From: Ignavibacteria bacterium
GTDB lineage: Bacteria; Bacteroidota; Ignavibacteria; UBA10030; SZUA-254
NCBI GenBank assembly: GCA_016178625.1
Contig: JACOSX010000129.1
Coordinates: forward strand, 3,898 to 67,897
Length of the DNA stretch: 64,000 nt
Direction: 5' to 3'
The notes under the pieces: generated by a model
Seen by the model: only the letters and a program-made list of their open reading frames with translations
Databases searched by the model: none
Told to the model about the DNA's origin: nothing
Translations under genes and position numbers: made by a program
Shown: piece after piece, positions 1 through 9,640 of the stretch
Layout: each line of letters begins with the position of its first letter
How positions within the stretch are numbered: the stretch's first letter is position 1

Positions 1-611
1 CCCCATTGACGGAAGGGCCAACGCATATACGGCGACGATCCATGTCGCGTGCCGGAGCAATAAGGTGGGTGATGAAAATACACCAGCTTCCACTGTTCAG
101 TCGATGAGCTCAAAGCGTTCTGAAGCCATGTCCCTTGCGTTGAAGTAGCAGTGTGTCCGTCCGGATCACTGCTGTCGCTATCGACAACATAGAAATGAAC
201 GGGACCGCGAACAAAATCATAATACCGTTCGTTGCCGGGAAGGGTGAAGTAATTGAGGTATGGTGTTGCACCCGGAGTGAGCCATTCGTGATTGCCCATT
301 GCAGGGAAAAATCGGTTGAGAGTGTCACCGCTGCCGTAACTTCCCGAGTAGGGGTAAATGAACTGATGATAATATTGACCAATGTTGGCATCGATGGTCG
401 AGGCTTCACCGTATTCATAATTATTGTCGCCAACGGTGATGATAAAGTCCGGGTTCCAACTCTTCACAAGGTTGGATACATCAAGTTCCGCTTGCCCGGC
501 TAAGCCATAATCACCGATGACGGCGAAATGGATCGATCCCTGGGAGTAAAGGATCACTGGGTGGAAGAGGCACAGAACAATACCGCAGAGAAAAAGATGA
601 TGCACTCTCAC
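1..611 (-). CDS. Secreted metallophosphoesterase (calcineurin-like/purple acid phosphatase type), 3' end outside the window
   Basis: Not in the ORF track. Manual translation from GTG at 611 or 605 gives a signal-like N-terminus, then FAVIGDYG, ITVGDNNY, PAMGNHEW and YFHHPPY motifs. Confidence 0.85.
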   Translation of the reverse strand, partial: MRVHHLFLCGIVLCLFHPVILYSQGSIHFAVIGDYGLAGQAELDVSNLVKSWNPDFIITVGDNNYEYGEASTIDANIGQYYHQFIYPYSGSYGSGDTLNRFFPAMGNHEWLTPGATPYLNYFTLPGNERYYDFVRGPVHFYVVDSDSSDPDGHTATSTQGTWLQNALSSSTEQWKLVYFHHPPYCSGTRHGSSPYMRWPFRQW

Positions 612-723
612 TTCGCAATTGTGAAATAATAATGTTGTTGAATATAGGAAAATCCGCGTTGAAAGAGAAACGAAAATGGGTAGTGTATCAATTCAAGAAA
701 AACATTTCAGTGGGAGAGGCATT

Positions 724-860
724 TGGCGAAGCCATCCCCTCGGGACTTGCCTGTCAGACAGGTCTATCTACGATCCTACGAATCGTAGATTCGTAGAACG
801 ACTCTATCGAGTCGAAGTCTACGACCCTTCGGGTCGATAGACCCGTGGGGACTCGTCGAG
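724..860. repeat. Cluster of REP-like palindromes
   Basis: Adjacent hairpins: tggcgaagcca/tcccctcggga, cctgtc-a-gacagg, ctacgaatc-gta-gattcgtag, cgactc-tatc-gagtcg and gtctacgacccttcgggtcgatagac. Parts recur at 21045, 34638 and 37469. Confidence 0.75.
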
Positions 861-965
861 AATGTCTGACCTACCAAGACCCCAACCTGATGCACTACCC
901 GAAAATTCTGGCTTGTGTCACGATGTGGACCGTGACGCCTGTGAAATTGAGCCACCACCGAAAAT

Positions 966-2519
966 TCATTCTTCAGGAACAGTGAATTCCTTCTCCTTCG
1001 GACGGATGTCATCATACATCCTCTTCATGGAATTATAGGCGGAGCGGTTACCGCGCTGTGCAGCAGTTCTGTAGAGTCTTGCTGCTTCGGCTTTGCTTTG
1101 TTTCACCCCAGATCCGGTTTCGTAGCAGTATCCGAGGGCTATTTGTGCGAGCACAGAGCCTTCCCGCATCTCTTGTCTGAGTGAATCGACTATTCCCCCT
1201 GACCGGTGTGAACTGTCTCGTGCTGTAAGGTTCGCTACTGTCATGCGGATGTGCGCTTCACGGCTGCCGAGTTCGGCAGCTTCTCTCCAATATGATATTG
1301 CCTTTCGTCGATCTTTCGTTACCCATCTTCCTTGTGCGTAGCATGTTCCCAGCTCAATAAGAGCATCGCTGTTGTGGTTCGATGCAGCTCGCTTAAGCAT
1401 CTCGAGTGCCTGTTCGATAGTAAGCTGAGAATCGAACTGGATCGCAGCGAGTCCTCCCCAGACGAATCGCGCGTCTGGATCGTTCGTATCGACACGGGAT
1501 TTCAATGACTCGAAGTAACCATGTTCGTGGACAAGTTTCCATAACAATTCTGCAGCCCTGGGTGAATCGAGGCGGATTGCACGCAAGTACTGAACGCTTG
1601 CCTGGACGAGATCTTTCTTGACGTATGTCCCGCGCTCGAAACATCTGCCAAGGAGCGTCAGCCCTTCCGGGCTTCCTGCCTCAGCCGAAGATCGAAGCGA
1701 AATAATCAAGGAGGAGTCTATCTTCGCCGGTTGAGTTGTTGTCAAGATCCCGGACTGTTCATTCAACGCTTCGCCCCCGTCGCGCATTGCTTCTTCGACG
1801 AGTATGGTATCGTTCGTGGATGAAGTCGTATCCCGGTTAAAATCGAGGAATATCAACCCGTGCGATGATGAAGAGTGATGAGAAGATGAATCGCTGTTTT
1901 GGATAGCTGCGTCCCGAGTAGAGTTGCTGCCCGATCCGGTCCATCGCTTCTCAAGTTCCATTAATAGCTCGAAGGCAGGTTCATATCCGGAATCGGCGGC
2001 AGTCTTCACGAGACAATACGCTTCGGTTTCATTTCTCGGAACGACCAGATTATCCATCAGGAATATGGCTAACACGTATTGAGCATCGGGCATCTCTTCT
2101 GCAGCATAAAGGAAATTCTGATACGCATCAAACGGATCCCACTCGACGCCCCATCCATGCAATTCGAAAACTCCAAGATTGAACATCGCTGGAACAAACC
2201 TGTGCAGCGCCGCCTTCTTGATCCAATACGCAGCCTTCAGAGTATCAACGGGAAATCCCTCACCAAGGAAATACCGTAGGCCAAGTTCGTGCTGTGCGAT
2301 GACGTCGCCACTGTTGGCATTCTGGGTAAGTGTGAAGTTGTACCAGTCGCGATCTACCGCATTGATGGGCTTTACCAGTGGAGATGTTCGCGGTGGAATG
2401 TAATCCCTGAAGACCGGACTATTAGGATGTGTCTGTGTTTCGCCTGCCGAAACGAACCCGGTGCTGAAGAGGGAGAGGAGCATGAGTGAAAGGACCCCAT
2501 GTTTGAAAAGGCGTCGCAT
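966..2519 (-). CDS. Sel1-like repeat (TPR) exported protein
   Basis: Repeated AQxxLGxxYxxGxGV/AxxWYxxAA motifs. A signal peptide follows ATG 2519 (MRRLFKHG...); the ORF track start at 2627 is probably too early. Confidence 0.85.
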   Translation of the reverse strand: MRRLFKHGVLSLMLLSLFSTGFVSAGETQTHPNSPVFRDYIPPRTSPLVKPINAVDRDWYNFTLTQNANSGDVIAQHELGLRYFLGEGFPVDTLKAAYWIKKAALHRFVPAMFNLGVFELHGWGVEWDPFDAYQNFLYAAEEMPDAQYVLAIFLMDNLVVPRNETEAYCLVKTAADSGYEPAFELLMELEKRWTGSGSNSTRDAAIQNSDSSSHHSSSSHGLIFLDFNRDTTSSTNDTILVEEAMRDGGEALNEQSGILTTTQPAKIDSSLIISLRSSAEAGSPEGLTLLGRCFERGTYVKKDLVQASVQYLRAIRLDSPRAAELLWKLVHEHGYFESLKSRVDTNDPDARFVWGGLAAIQFDSQLTIEQALEMLKRAASNHNSDALIELGTCYAQGRWVTKDRRKAISYWREAAELGSREAHIRMTVANLTARDSSHRSGGIVDSLRQEMREGSVLAQIALGYCYETGSGVKQSKAEAARLYRTAAQRGNRSAYNSMKRMYDDIRPKEKEFTVPEE

Positions 2520-2607
2520 CCCTTGCCGATGATTCTCATATAGTAAGAGTGGGATGAGACAATGTTGTGCTACGGGAAGGTCGTTTCGTGAGTGACGAGG
2601 CGCCTTG

Positions 2608-3546
2608 CTACACCTTTTCAATATCATGAATCTTTTTCAAGTCGATACTGATCATGCCATCGTCTGCGGGTTGGAACATGTCGGCGAACTTTGCTCTCCA
2701 AATGATTTCGTCGTGTTTGTAGGAAGATCGCGAATGAACGGTCTGCGAGAATGTTTCGTCGACCGCTGTGAGGAGGATGACGATCTCGGCGTCGGATGAC
2801 TCGAAATCCTCTTTAGTGACTCGAAAGAGTGGGCTGGTTCCATCGATCGGGTGGACGATCACCCAATGCAACGGAAAGAACATCACTGATTCTCGTTCGA
2901 GACTAAGCGGATGGAACTTACGGATTGTCTTTCCGCCTTCGGTCTCATTTCTTGTTAGAACAACAGTTGCGTGGACTTCTATCAGCTCGTTACTGCGTTC
3001 GTTCGCGATCCGAAATTCAAGTGCCATGATGTCCCGATAGGGCGCGATCACCGCGTGTCGACTGTACACAATAGATGCACTCGGTCGTGAGAATCTGGCA
3101 AACAGCAGACCGGTAGCAAGAGCGAACCCCAGCAATCCGGCAAGTGCTTCTATTGCGACGAGAATGTTTGCGGCAATGCCGTTTGGACTCATCTTCCCGT
3201 AGCCGATGGTTGCCAGGGTCTGCACGCTGAAGAAAAAAGCTTCAAGAAGCTGTTCACTGAGTGATCGACCCTCTGCGCCGTGTAGGGCGTCAGATCCACA
3301 CAGAACATATCCTATTGCGAATACGACATTCGTCAAAAAATAGGCGAGGATGATGAGGGAGAAGAACTTCAACCACGACATTGTGAGCAGGGAATGGTAG
3401 GTATTCTGTGAGCGGAAGAAGGAAAGCCCTCTTCGAGTGACGTTGAAGCTCCCGTCCCTGTTGAGAAAGCGCTTACGGCTTTGCTGTGTTACGCGTGAGC
3501 CTAAGCCTAAGTCTCTATCGATGTCTTGTTGCGAAGGACTAACCAT
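2608..3546 (-). CDS. Inward-rectifier K+ channel (KirBac family)
   Basis: FFFSVQTLATIGYG selectivity filter, two TM helices, FARFSRP and a cytoplasmic Kir domain. Confidence 0.92.
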   Translation of the reverse strand: MVSPSQQDIDRDLGLGSRVTQQSRKRFLNRDGSFNVTRRGLSFFRSQNTYHSLLTMSWLKFFSLIILAYFLTNVVFAIGYVLCGSDALHGAEGRSLSEQLLEAFFFSVQTLATIGYGKMSPNGIAANILVAIEALAGLLGFALATGLLFARFSRPSASIVYSRHAVIAPYRDIMALEFRIANERSNELIEVHATVVLTRNETEGGKTIRKFHPLSLERESVMFFPLHWVIVHPIDGTSPLFRVTKEDFESSDAEIVILLTAVDETFSQTVHSRSSYKHDEIIWRAKFADMFQPADDGMISIDLKKIHDIEKV

Positions 3547-3551
3547 CGGGA

Positions 3552-4502
3552 TCAGTGTCCGGAACCTTTATACATTTTCTCTCCAGCTTCCACCCGAATA
3601 GGCAGATGATTTTGCCGAGGTGGAATTGGACACGTGGCATACTCTGTGAACACACAGGGCCAATTATATGCCTTGTTGAAATCGAGAATGACGCGATTCT
3701 CCTTGTCGGGCAAAGAAGCGTACAGTTGTCGCCCCATGCCGTATGTTTCTTTGCCGCTTGTCTCATCGCTGAACATGATGAACAGTTGGTCATCCGTTCC
3801 AACCTCCATCACCGCATCGAGACGGCAAGGTTTTTCGTCAACATTGAACACGAGTGCGCCAGGACATGAATCGTTTTCCACAGTGCCGATGACGGATGCG
3901 ATCGGAATCTTCTTTGGAGGATTGTACGGTTCGAACTTCGCCTCAACCCGCCACTTCGGATCGATCGGGAAATACTCCAAGCCTTTGAAGTTCACTCGTG
4001 CCGGATTCTCCTTGTCCTTCACTCGCACGCCAAGCTGTTCACCGCGTTTGATCACATAGAAGCTCAACGTACCGAGATGTAATATTGTAGGATCGGTCAA
4101 ACCTTCACCGTCGGATTGAAGGGATAGCGCTGTGACGACCGAATCCTTCACTTTGATCTCTGCGCCCGATCGGGCTTGCATGCGTAGTGATCCCTTCTCA
4201 AGCCAGATAGCTCCGGCAACTCTTGGCGCTTTGCCGGTAGGAAAGATGATCGCATTCGTCGAATCGGTGCCGAAGGTGTTCTCTCCTTCCTTGAGCCAGA
4301 ATAATCCGCAGAGGGTGAGCCAGCCGGTGTCACTCTTCAGTCGAGTGAGGCGGTGCTCTTTCCATTGCTCGATTTCATCCCGATGAGCATTTACGTCAAA
4401 CGTACCTGACGTCTTGTTGCAACCGATGACTGCAATCATCAGAGAGAGGAGCGTCGTTATCGCCGACAGGATATGTGTATTATTTCGATGTGGTTTTTGC
4501 AT
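3552..4502 (-). CDS. DUF1684-family lipoprotein
   Basis: Lipobox VIGC; family motifs F.D.TSGKETYG.GR and LDFNKAYN.PC.F..YATCP.PP.QN.L...VEAGEK. Confidence 0.85.
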   Translation of the reverse strand: MQKPHRNNTHILSAITTLLSLMIAVIGCNKTSGTFDVNAHRDEIEQWKEHRLTRLKSDTGWLTLCGLFWLKEGENTFGTDSTNAIIFPTGKAPRVAGAIWLEKGSLRMQARSGAEIKVKDSVVTALSLQSDGEGLTDPTILHLGTLSFYVIKRGEQLGVRVKDKENPARVNFKGLEYFPIDPKWRVEAKFEPYNPPKKIPIASVIGTVENDSCPGALVFNVDEKPCRLDAVMEVGTDDQLFIMFSDETSGKETYGMGRQLYASLPDKENRVILDFNKAYNWPCVFTEYATCPIPPRQNHLPIRVEAGEKMYKGSGH

Positions 4503-4680
4503 TGTCTACCTCGAGTATGAACAATGTTTCTTGTTATCCCCGCCGTACATCGGTCTGTTGCGGTTAGGGATTGCCTTGTATGAAATGTACGAATCCCTGT
4601 TGAGAATCACTACCATGGATCTAAACACCGTTTGTGGATGCCGTTCAAGAAATCCGCTCCTCGCCAGAGTAAGATCAATG

Positions 4681-6123
4681 TTACTCGCCTTCCACAAAAA
4701 TTCTAAAGCCATGCGGCTCCAATGTCACCTCCAACGGTATCGAGGGTTCGATGGCTACAGGCGAGCCGGTAAAATGATCCTTCATCGAGAGCCTCTTCCG
4801 TTGTTTGAGGATCTTATCGAAAGGAATTTGCAAGGTGACTGTTCTAGAGACATTGGAAAAGTTCAACGCTATCAATATTCGATCATCACCGAGAAGCCGG
4901 AAGAATGTAAACACATTGTTGTCATCGGAAGAAGGAACGTGTACCATCTCGCCGCGAGAAAGTGCTTTGTGCTCTCTTCGCAGCGCGAAGAGTGTTTTGT
5001 AAAGGTCTTCCATCTCATGCGGTTTGCTCCAATCTACCTCAACCTTCTCAAAGAGACTCAACTCCTTGTCGTTTGCGACTTCGTCGCCTGTGTACATCAA
5101 GGGAATGCCGGAAATAGTGTTGATGAGGACAGTGGAGAGTATACGTTCGTCAAATTCATACTGCATCATCGCCGATCCTTCCAACGCGGTCTTGACTTGG
5201 TTTGTGTTGAAGCGTAGACGCAAGCTTCCGGTTGGAAATTGTGATGCCTCTGTGTTCAAGATTGTGTCAAGCGCCGTTGCTGGTCGTGTTCCTTTGAGCA
5301 ACGGATTGAGCGCGCCGTAGAGGTTCCACGAGTAGGTAAGATCGAATGCTTTGAAGTGATGTTGTGGCAGCGATCCGTCCGAGAGCATCATCACCGGCTT
5401 GATCTTGTTCAGTCGCGCGCGAGCCTCTTCCCAAAAGTCGATCGGCACGAGTTCGGCGGCGTCACACCGAAAGCCATCGACGCCAATATCTTGGGTCCAC
5501 CATTCCATCATGGTCATCATGTACTTGCGCAAGCCCTGTTTCGAATAGTCCAAGTCGGCGACGTCTGTCCAATCTGCACGGGGAGAAACAATGTTGCCCT
5601 GTGCATCTTTCGTAAACCATTCGGGATGAAGTTTGATCAACTTGCTATCCCACGCCGTGTGGTTTACGACCAGATCGAGAATCAACTTCATGTCGTTCTT
5701 ATGGACGGTGTTTAAGAGTTGCTGAAACTCCACGATCGTTCCGAACTCTGGATTTACTTCATAATAATCTCTCACTGAATATGGATTCCCGAGCGTGCCC
5801 TTCCTGTTTTTTATCCCGATCGGATGGATGGGCATCAGCCACAGGACCGAAACGCCGAGTTCTTTCAGTTCGGGTATTCGCTTCTCTAGTGCTGCGAATG
5901 TTCCTGCGGGCGAGAAGGAGCGGAGATAAACACAATAGATGACGGCATCCCTCACCCAGTCGGCGCTTTTGATTGCCGGTTTGCTAGAGTAGTTGTTCTG
6001 TGTGCGTTCGTCGCGATCGCTCGTCACGCGTGAGGGCATCGGCCGGTCGATTGCTGCACTCGAGAGTAAGAAAAAGAAAGCCAGGGGATACGTAAAAAGG
6101 CTCATGATGCGACACGTGGGCAT
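4681..6123 (-). CDS. GH13 alpha-amylase-family protein with a degenerate catalytic triad
   Basis: LWLMPIHP, LDLVVNHT and GVDGFRCDAA regions are present. Region III reads MMLSD and region IV reads FNTNQV instead of NHD. Confidence 0.85.
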   Translation of the reverse strand: MPTCRIMSLFTYPLAFFFLLSSAAIDRPMPSRVTSDRDERTQNNYSSKPAIKSADWVRDAVIYCVYLRSFSPAGTFAALEKRIPELKELGVSVLWLMPIHPIGIKNRKGTLGNPYSVRDYYEVNPEFGTIVEFQQLLNTVHKNDMKLILDLVVNHTAWDSKLIKLHPEWFTKDAQGNIVSPRADWTDVADLDYSKQGLRKYMMTMMEWWTQDIGVDGFRCDAAELVPIDFWEEARARLNKIKPVMMLSDGSLPQHHFKAFDLTYSWNLYGALNPLLKGTRPATALDTILNTEASQFPTGSLRLRFNTNQVKTALEGSAMMQYEFDERILSTVLINTISGIPLMYTGDEVANDKELSLFEKVEVDWSKPHEMEDLYKTLFALRREHKALSRGEMVHVPSSDDNNVFTFFRLLGDDRILIALNFSNVSRTVTLQIPFDKILKQRKRLSMKDHFTGSPVAIEPSIPLEVTLEPHGFRIFVEGE

Positions 6124-6139
6124 TTCAAAGAATTACAAC

Positions 6140-8293
6140 CTACTTGAGGGTGAGCGCTTTCGCTTCAATGGCTGCATTGAGCAAGCCAACGACATCTTCG
6201 AGTGTCACATTGCCGTAGTACCAAGAACCGGCTGCCAACTGTTCGGCGCGAACTCCTTTGTAAATATCGTAATAGCTGCGTTTGCCATCGACAAAGTTAA
6301 AGACCTCATCGTGCATTAAGCCGTGCAAGTTTCCCCTGAAATTAATCTTCCCGCGGTTCTCGAAGTAAGTTCTAAGAACTGAAGGATTTACCGGGACTCT
6401 CTTGCTTGCTTCGATTTCGGAGGAATCGATCTGTGGTTCCGGGAGTTTATTCCTCAACATCTCGGTTTGGTAGAGCTCCAGATCGCCCATCAAGCCCGTT
6501 GCTTTACTTTGCATTCGCGCGATAAAGCCTTCTATCATTGAAACCGCTTCTCGATCTTTTCGTGTAAAGACCTGAATAGAATTCAGTGCACGGATTTCAC
6601 GCAGGATTCCTTGTTCCATAAGAAGTCTAGCATCCTTCAACCCGCCGTTCAAAGAGACAATGGTTATAGAATCTTTTCGGAAACCCTCTTCGACTCGGAT
6701 CGCTGCTTGGAGATCGTTGGCTAACCTTTTCTCGCCTTGGGCAAAAGTCTCGCCGGCGAGCAACGGCACAGTCTTCTCATCTGCAAAAGCAAGAACGTAA
6801 GCCATTGCGCCCATCAAGAATGCATTGCGTTTCAGTTGAGTCTGATCAATCTGGTAAAGATCGTCGTCAGAGGAGTGGATGTACGGATCATCCCAATTGA
6901 TCGTTGCGACTGCAGGCACACCGATGATGCCTTCCACAAAACACATGTGGTCGGATGAATTGAAATATGGAACGAACCGCGCATTGTACCCGTCTCGTGT
7001 GCCGCGAGTCGAATAGAGCGGGCGCGTGAACGGGCGTGGGTAACCGCCCGCCCTGCTTGCAGCAAGGAACGCGTTGTTCGTAAGAATCAGATAGTTGCCG
7101 ATGCTCTCAAAGATTGCATCGAGATATGATGTGCGCGAGTGAGGAGCGAAGATGAGATGCTGCACTCGGCTGCCCATCCGTTGGTTGGCTCCAACCATAT
7201 CTTGATGAATGTTTGCCAGAAATTTCTTTGGCTCGTCAGGAAAATCCTGGAAGTATTTGTACTCCGATGAAATCTCATCAGTCCACCAGAATCGGATGTC
7301 ACGCAGAGGTCGCGGCATCTTGCCTTCTTTGATGAGCTTGTTGAAGGTGCGAGCGATCTCCAAAATGTTCGCGCAGCCGCTGCCGTCGTCGTTGGCTGAG
7401 CTTTTCTCTTCTTGTAGGTGAGCCGTAATAATGATTTGTTGATCGTGATATTTCGAGCCATGAATCCATCCTTCAACAAAGCCAGTGCGCCCAGGTTCTT
7501 TGCCGATTTCGGTAACCACTTTCGCCTTCAGAACAATTCGACCACCTTTGGTGCGTTTTCCCGTGGCGAAATAATCCTGCATTTGGTCGGTCTGGAGAAT
7601 TTTTTTCAACAACTCCCCTTTGCGCGGAGGGAGGATGAACGCGAACGTTCCTTTCTTTCCTTCGGGCGGTGTGAGAGGAATTCTACTCCACGCGATCTGA
7701 TCAGGAACGTCCATCGGGTTACGTGACTCCGATGTCTGGTATGAAACAACGCCGAGTGCGCCTTTGCCCCACACCGCGTTCTGCACTGCACCACCCGGGG
7801 ATCGATTCGTCAGCACAATTTTTCCCACAACATCGAGACCGGTAAGGCTATCGTCCTTTGCATCGCCGATCCACACTAATTCTGCAGTGACGTCTGCGGT
7901 ATGACTTCCATCCGCAAGGTAGACCGGATGGTCAGCCATGTCTGCCAGTTTCACCTCAACGGGCTCGACCATCCAGAGCTCGGCACTCCGGGCTGTATAA
8001 TTTGGATGACCCAGCGTCTGCTCAATGAAGTGGACATTCTCTAAGCCCGCCTCGTGTGCTGCCTGCATGACATAATCGGCAGCGTTGAAGAATCCCTCCA
8101 TTCCAGAATCGCGATGCCACTGACTCAACACGCGGATGTGTTCGAACGCCCGATCTCCGGAGAGTTCGTTGCTCAACATACGGATGTCATCATCGGTGAG
8201 GAAGGGGATCTTTTGCGCGAGGCATGGGTGGAACGGAACGAATAAGAGGAAAATAAGAACGTATGATATCAAGGAAAACGATGGTCTGATCAT
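6140..8293 (-). CDS. M28-family metallopeptidase with PA domain, exported
   Basis: Signal peptide; AHL..., ANDDGSG, TDE, HQDMVG, SDH and IHSSDD metal-ligand motifs. Confidence 0.8.
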   Translation of the reverse strand: MIRPSFSLISYVLIFLLFVPFHPCLAQKIPFLTDDDIRMLSNELSGDRAFEHIRVLSQWHRDSGMEGFFNAADYVMQAAHEAGLENVHFIEQTLGHPNYTARSAELWMVEPVEVKLADMADHPVYLADGSHTADVTAELVWIGDAKDDSLTGLDVVGKIVLTNRSPGGAVQNAVWGKGALGVVSYQTSESRNPMDVPDQIAWSRIPLTPPEGKKGTFAFILPPRKGELLKKILQTDQMQDYFATGKRTKGGRIVLKAKVVTEIGKEPGRTGFVEGWIHGSKYHDQQIIITAHLQEEKSSANDDGSGCANILEIARTFNKLIKEGKMPRPLRDIRFWWTDEISSEYKYFQDFPDEPKKFLANIHQDMVGANQRMGSRVQHLIFAPHSRTSYLDAIFESIGNYLILTNNAFLAASRAGGYPRPFTRPLYSTRGTRDGYNARFVPYFNSSDHMCFVEGIIGVPAVATINWDDPYIHSSDDDLYQIDQTQLKRNAFLMGAMAYVLAFADEKTVPLLAGETFAQGEKRLANDLQAAIRVEEGFRKDSITIVSLNGGLKDARLLMEQGILREIRALNSIQVFTRKDREAVSMIEGFIARMQSKATGLMGDLELYQTEMLRNKLPEPQIDSSEIEASKRVPVNPSVLRTYFENRGKINFRGNLHGLMHDEVFNFVDGKRSYYDIYKGVRAEQLAAGSWYYGNVTLEDVVGLLNAAIEAKALTLK

Positions 8294-8337
8294 CTACACC
8301 TCGGCTGCTGTGAATGTGAACAGTTAGTCGTCTGAGG

Positions 8338-8378
8338 AAAAACCCTCCCTCGCACCGGAAAAGTTGGAGTGAGGGTTT
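8338..8378 (-). terminator. Probable intrinsic terminator downstream of the FKBP gene
   Basis: aaaccctc...gagggttt stem, followed by a U run on the minus strand. Confidence 0.5.
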
Positions 8379-8413
8379 GCATTAAAAATTAAGTTAACAA
8401 GGAGATAACGGAA

Positions 8414-9103
8414 TTACTTGATTGCAAGTAACTCAACGTCGAAGATGAGCGTCGCATTCGGTGGAACTGCCTGACCTGCACCACGCTCGCCGTAGCCGAG
8501 TTCCGCAGGAATATATAATGTCCACTTCGACCCAACGGGCATCAATTGTAGCGCCTCGGTCCATCCTTTAATGACGCCGTTGCAGGCGAACTCAGCAGGC
8601 TGTCCACGTTTAATTGAGCTATCGAACTCTGTTCCATCAATGAGCGTCCCACGATAGTGAACGCTGACTTTGTCAGTGTCCTTGGGTTTTTTCCCCTCGC
8701 CCATCTTCTGGACTTTGTATTGCAATCCGTCTGGAAGTGTCACGACGCCTTCCTTTTTCTTATTCTCGCTAAGGAATGTTTCTCCTTCTTTCTTGTTCTT
8801 CTCTAACTCTGCTTTCATATGTTCCTCTTGCTTTGCCATCATTTGTTTTTGAAATGCCATCATACAAACTTGAGCCATAGAATCACTCAAAATCTGTTTT
8901 CCACCCGCGACCATTGCTTTCATACCCTGTGCAAGCACATCAACGTCGACATCAACGAGCTGTTTCTTCAAGCTCCTACCGATATCCATCCCGATGCTGT
9001 AGCTTACACTATCTTTCTGAGTTTTGAGCTGTGCCTTGTCTTGTGTGTTACCTTGGCAGGCGATTAATCCGAGACAGAGTACCGCTGTCCAAACATATTT
9101 CAT
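8414..9103 (-). CDS. FKBP-type peptidyl-prolyl isomerase (FkpA/Mip-like), lipoprotein
   Basis: Lipobox LIAC; SYSIG N-domain; VHYRGTLIDGTEFDSS, VIKGWTEALQLM and IPAELGYG motifs. Confidence 0.95.
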   Translation of the reverse strand: MKYVWTAVLCLGLIACQGNTQDKAQLKTQKDSVSYSIGMDIGRSLKKQLVDVDVDVLAQGMKAMVAGGKQILSDSMAQVCMMAFQKQMMAKQEEHMKAELEKNKKEGETFLSENKKKEGVVTLPDGLQYKVQKMGEGKKPKDTDKVSVHYRGTLIDGTEFDSSIKRGQPAEFACNGVIKGWTEALQLMPVGSKWTLYIPAELGYGERGAGQAVPPNATLIFDVELLAIK

Positions 9104-9640
9104 TTTGCAAATCCTTTCGTTGATAGGGGTTATAGTGGGGCAGGTATCTCCTGTCCCAAGAATTAAAGTTTCTAATAATACGATTTTTGACGGCGTTAAT
9201 CAAATCTACCGGTGTAGATATCGAAATCTTCGATTTCATTTCTGCTCTTGGGGAGGAGAATTACTACGCGATCCGAGAACTCATTGGGGCGTCTTGCCTC
9301 CATAGGCTTATGATTTAGGTATGTAAACTTCGAGTATAAATGGTTCCGGCTCTTTGATCTTATTGTTTTCTGTTTAACCAACCATTCAACTAACCACTCG
9401 AAGTCTGTTAACTTGACTTTCTCATAATATATTTCGACATTTAGGTGGTTCTACAGTTCGATCATTGCCGAATAATAAGACGAACGAATGTTGCAAGACA
9501 CAAGAACCCGCACATTGATTAGCTCATTCGCCATGTGGGGAGGGTTGACGACGGATGCACCCAAGTGTAATCCGAAGCACTTGCTCCCACCTTTATCATT
9601 TCTCAATCAACCTCATTCAAAATCTTTCTCAGGAGGAACT

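Noticed and set aside
110-503. ORF-track calls 110..433 (-) and 153..503 (+)
   Set aside because: They are shadows of the real minus-strand metallophosphoesterase frame, which runs off the window edge.
9488-9640. Riboswitch or N-terminal extension upstream of the T9SS gene
   Set aside because: No recognisable aptamer consensus; the SD and signal peptide support the start at 9641.
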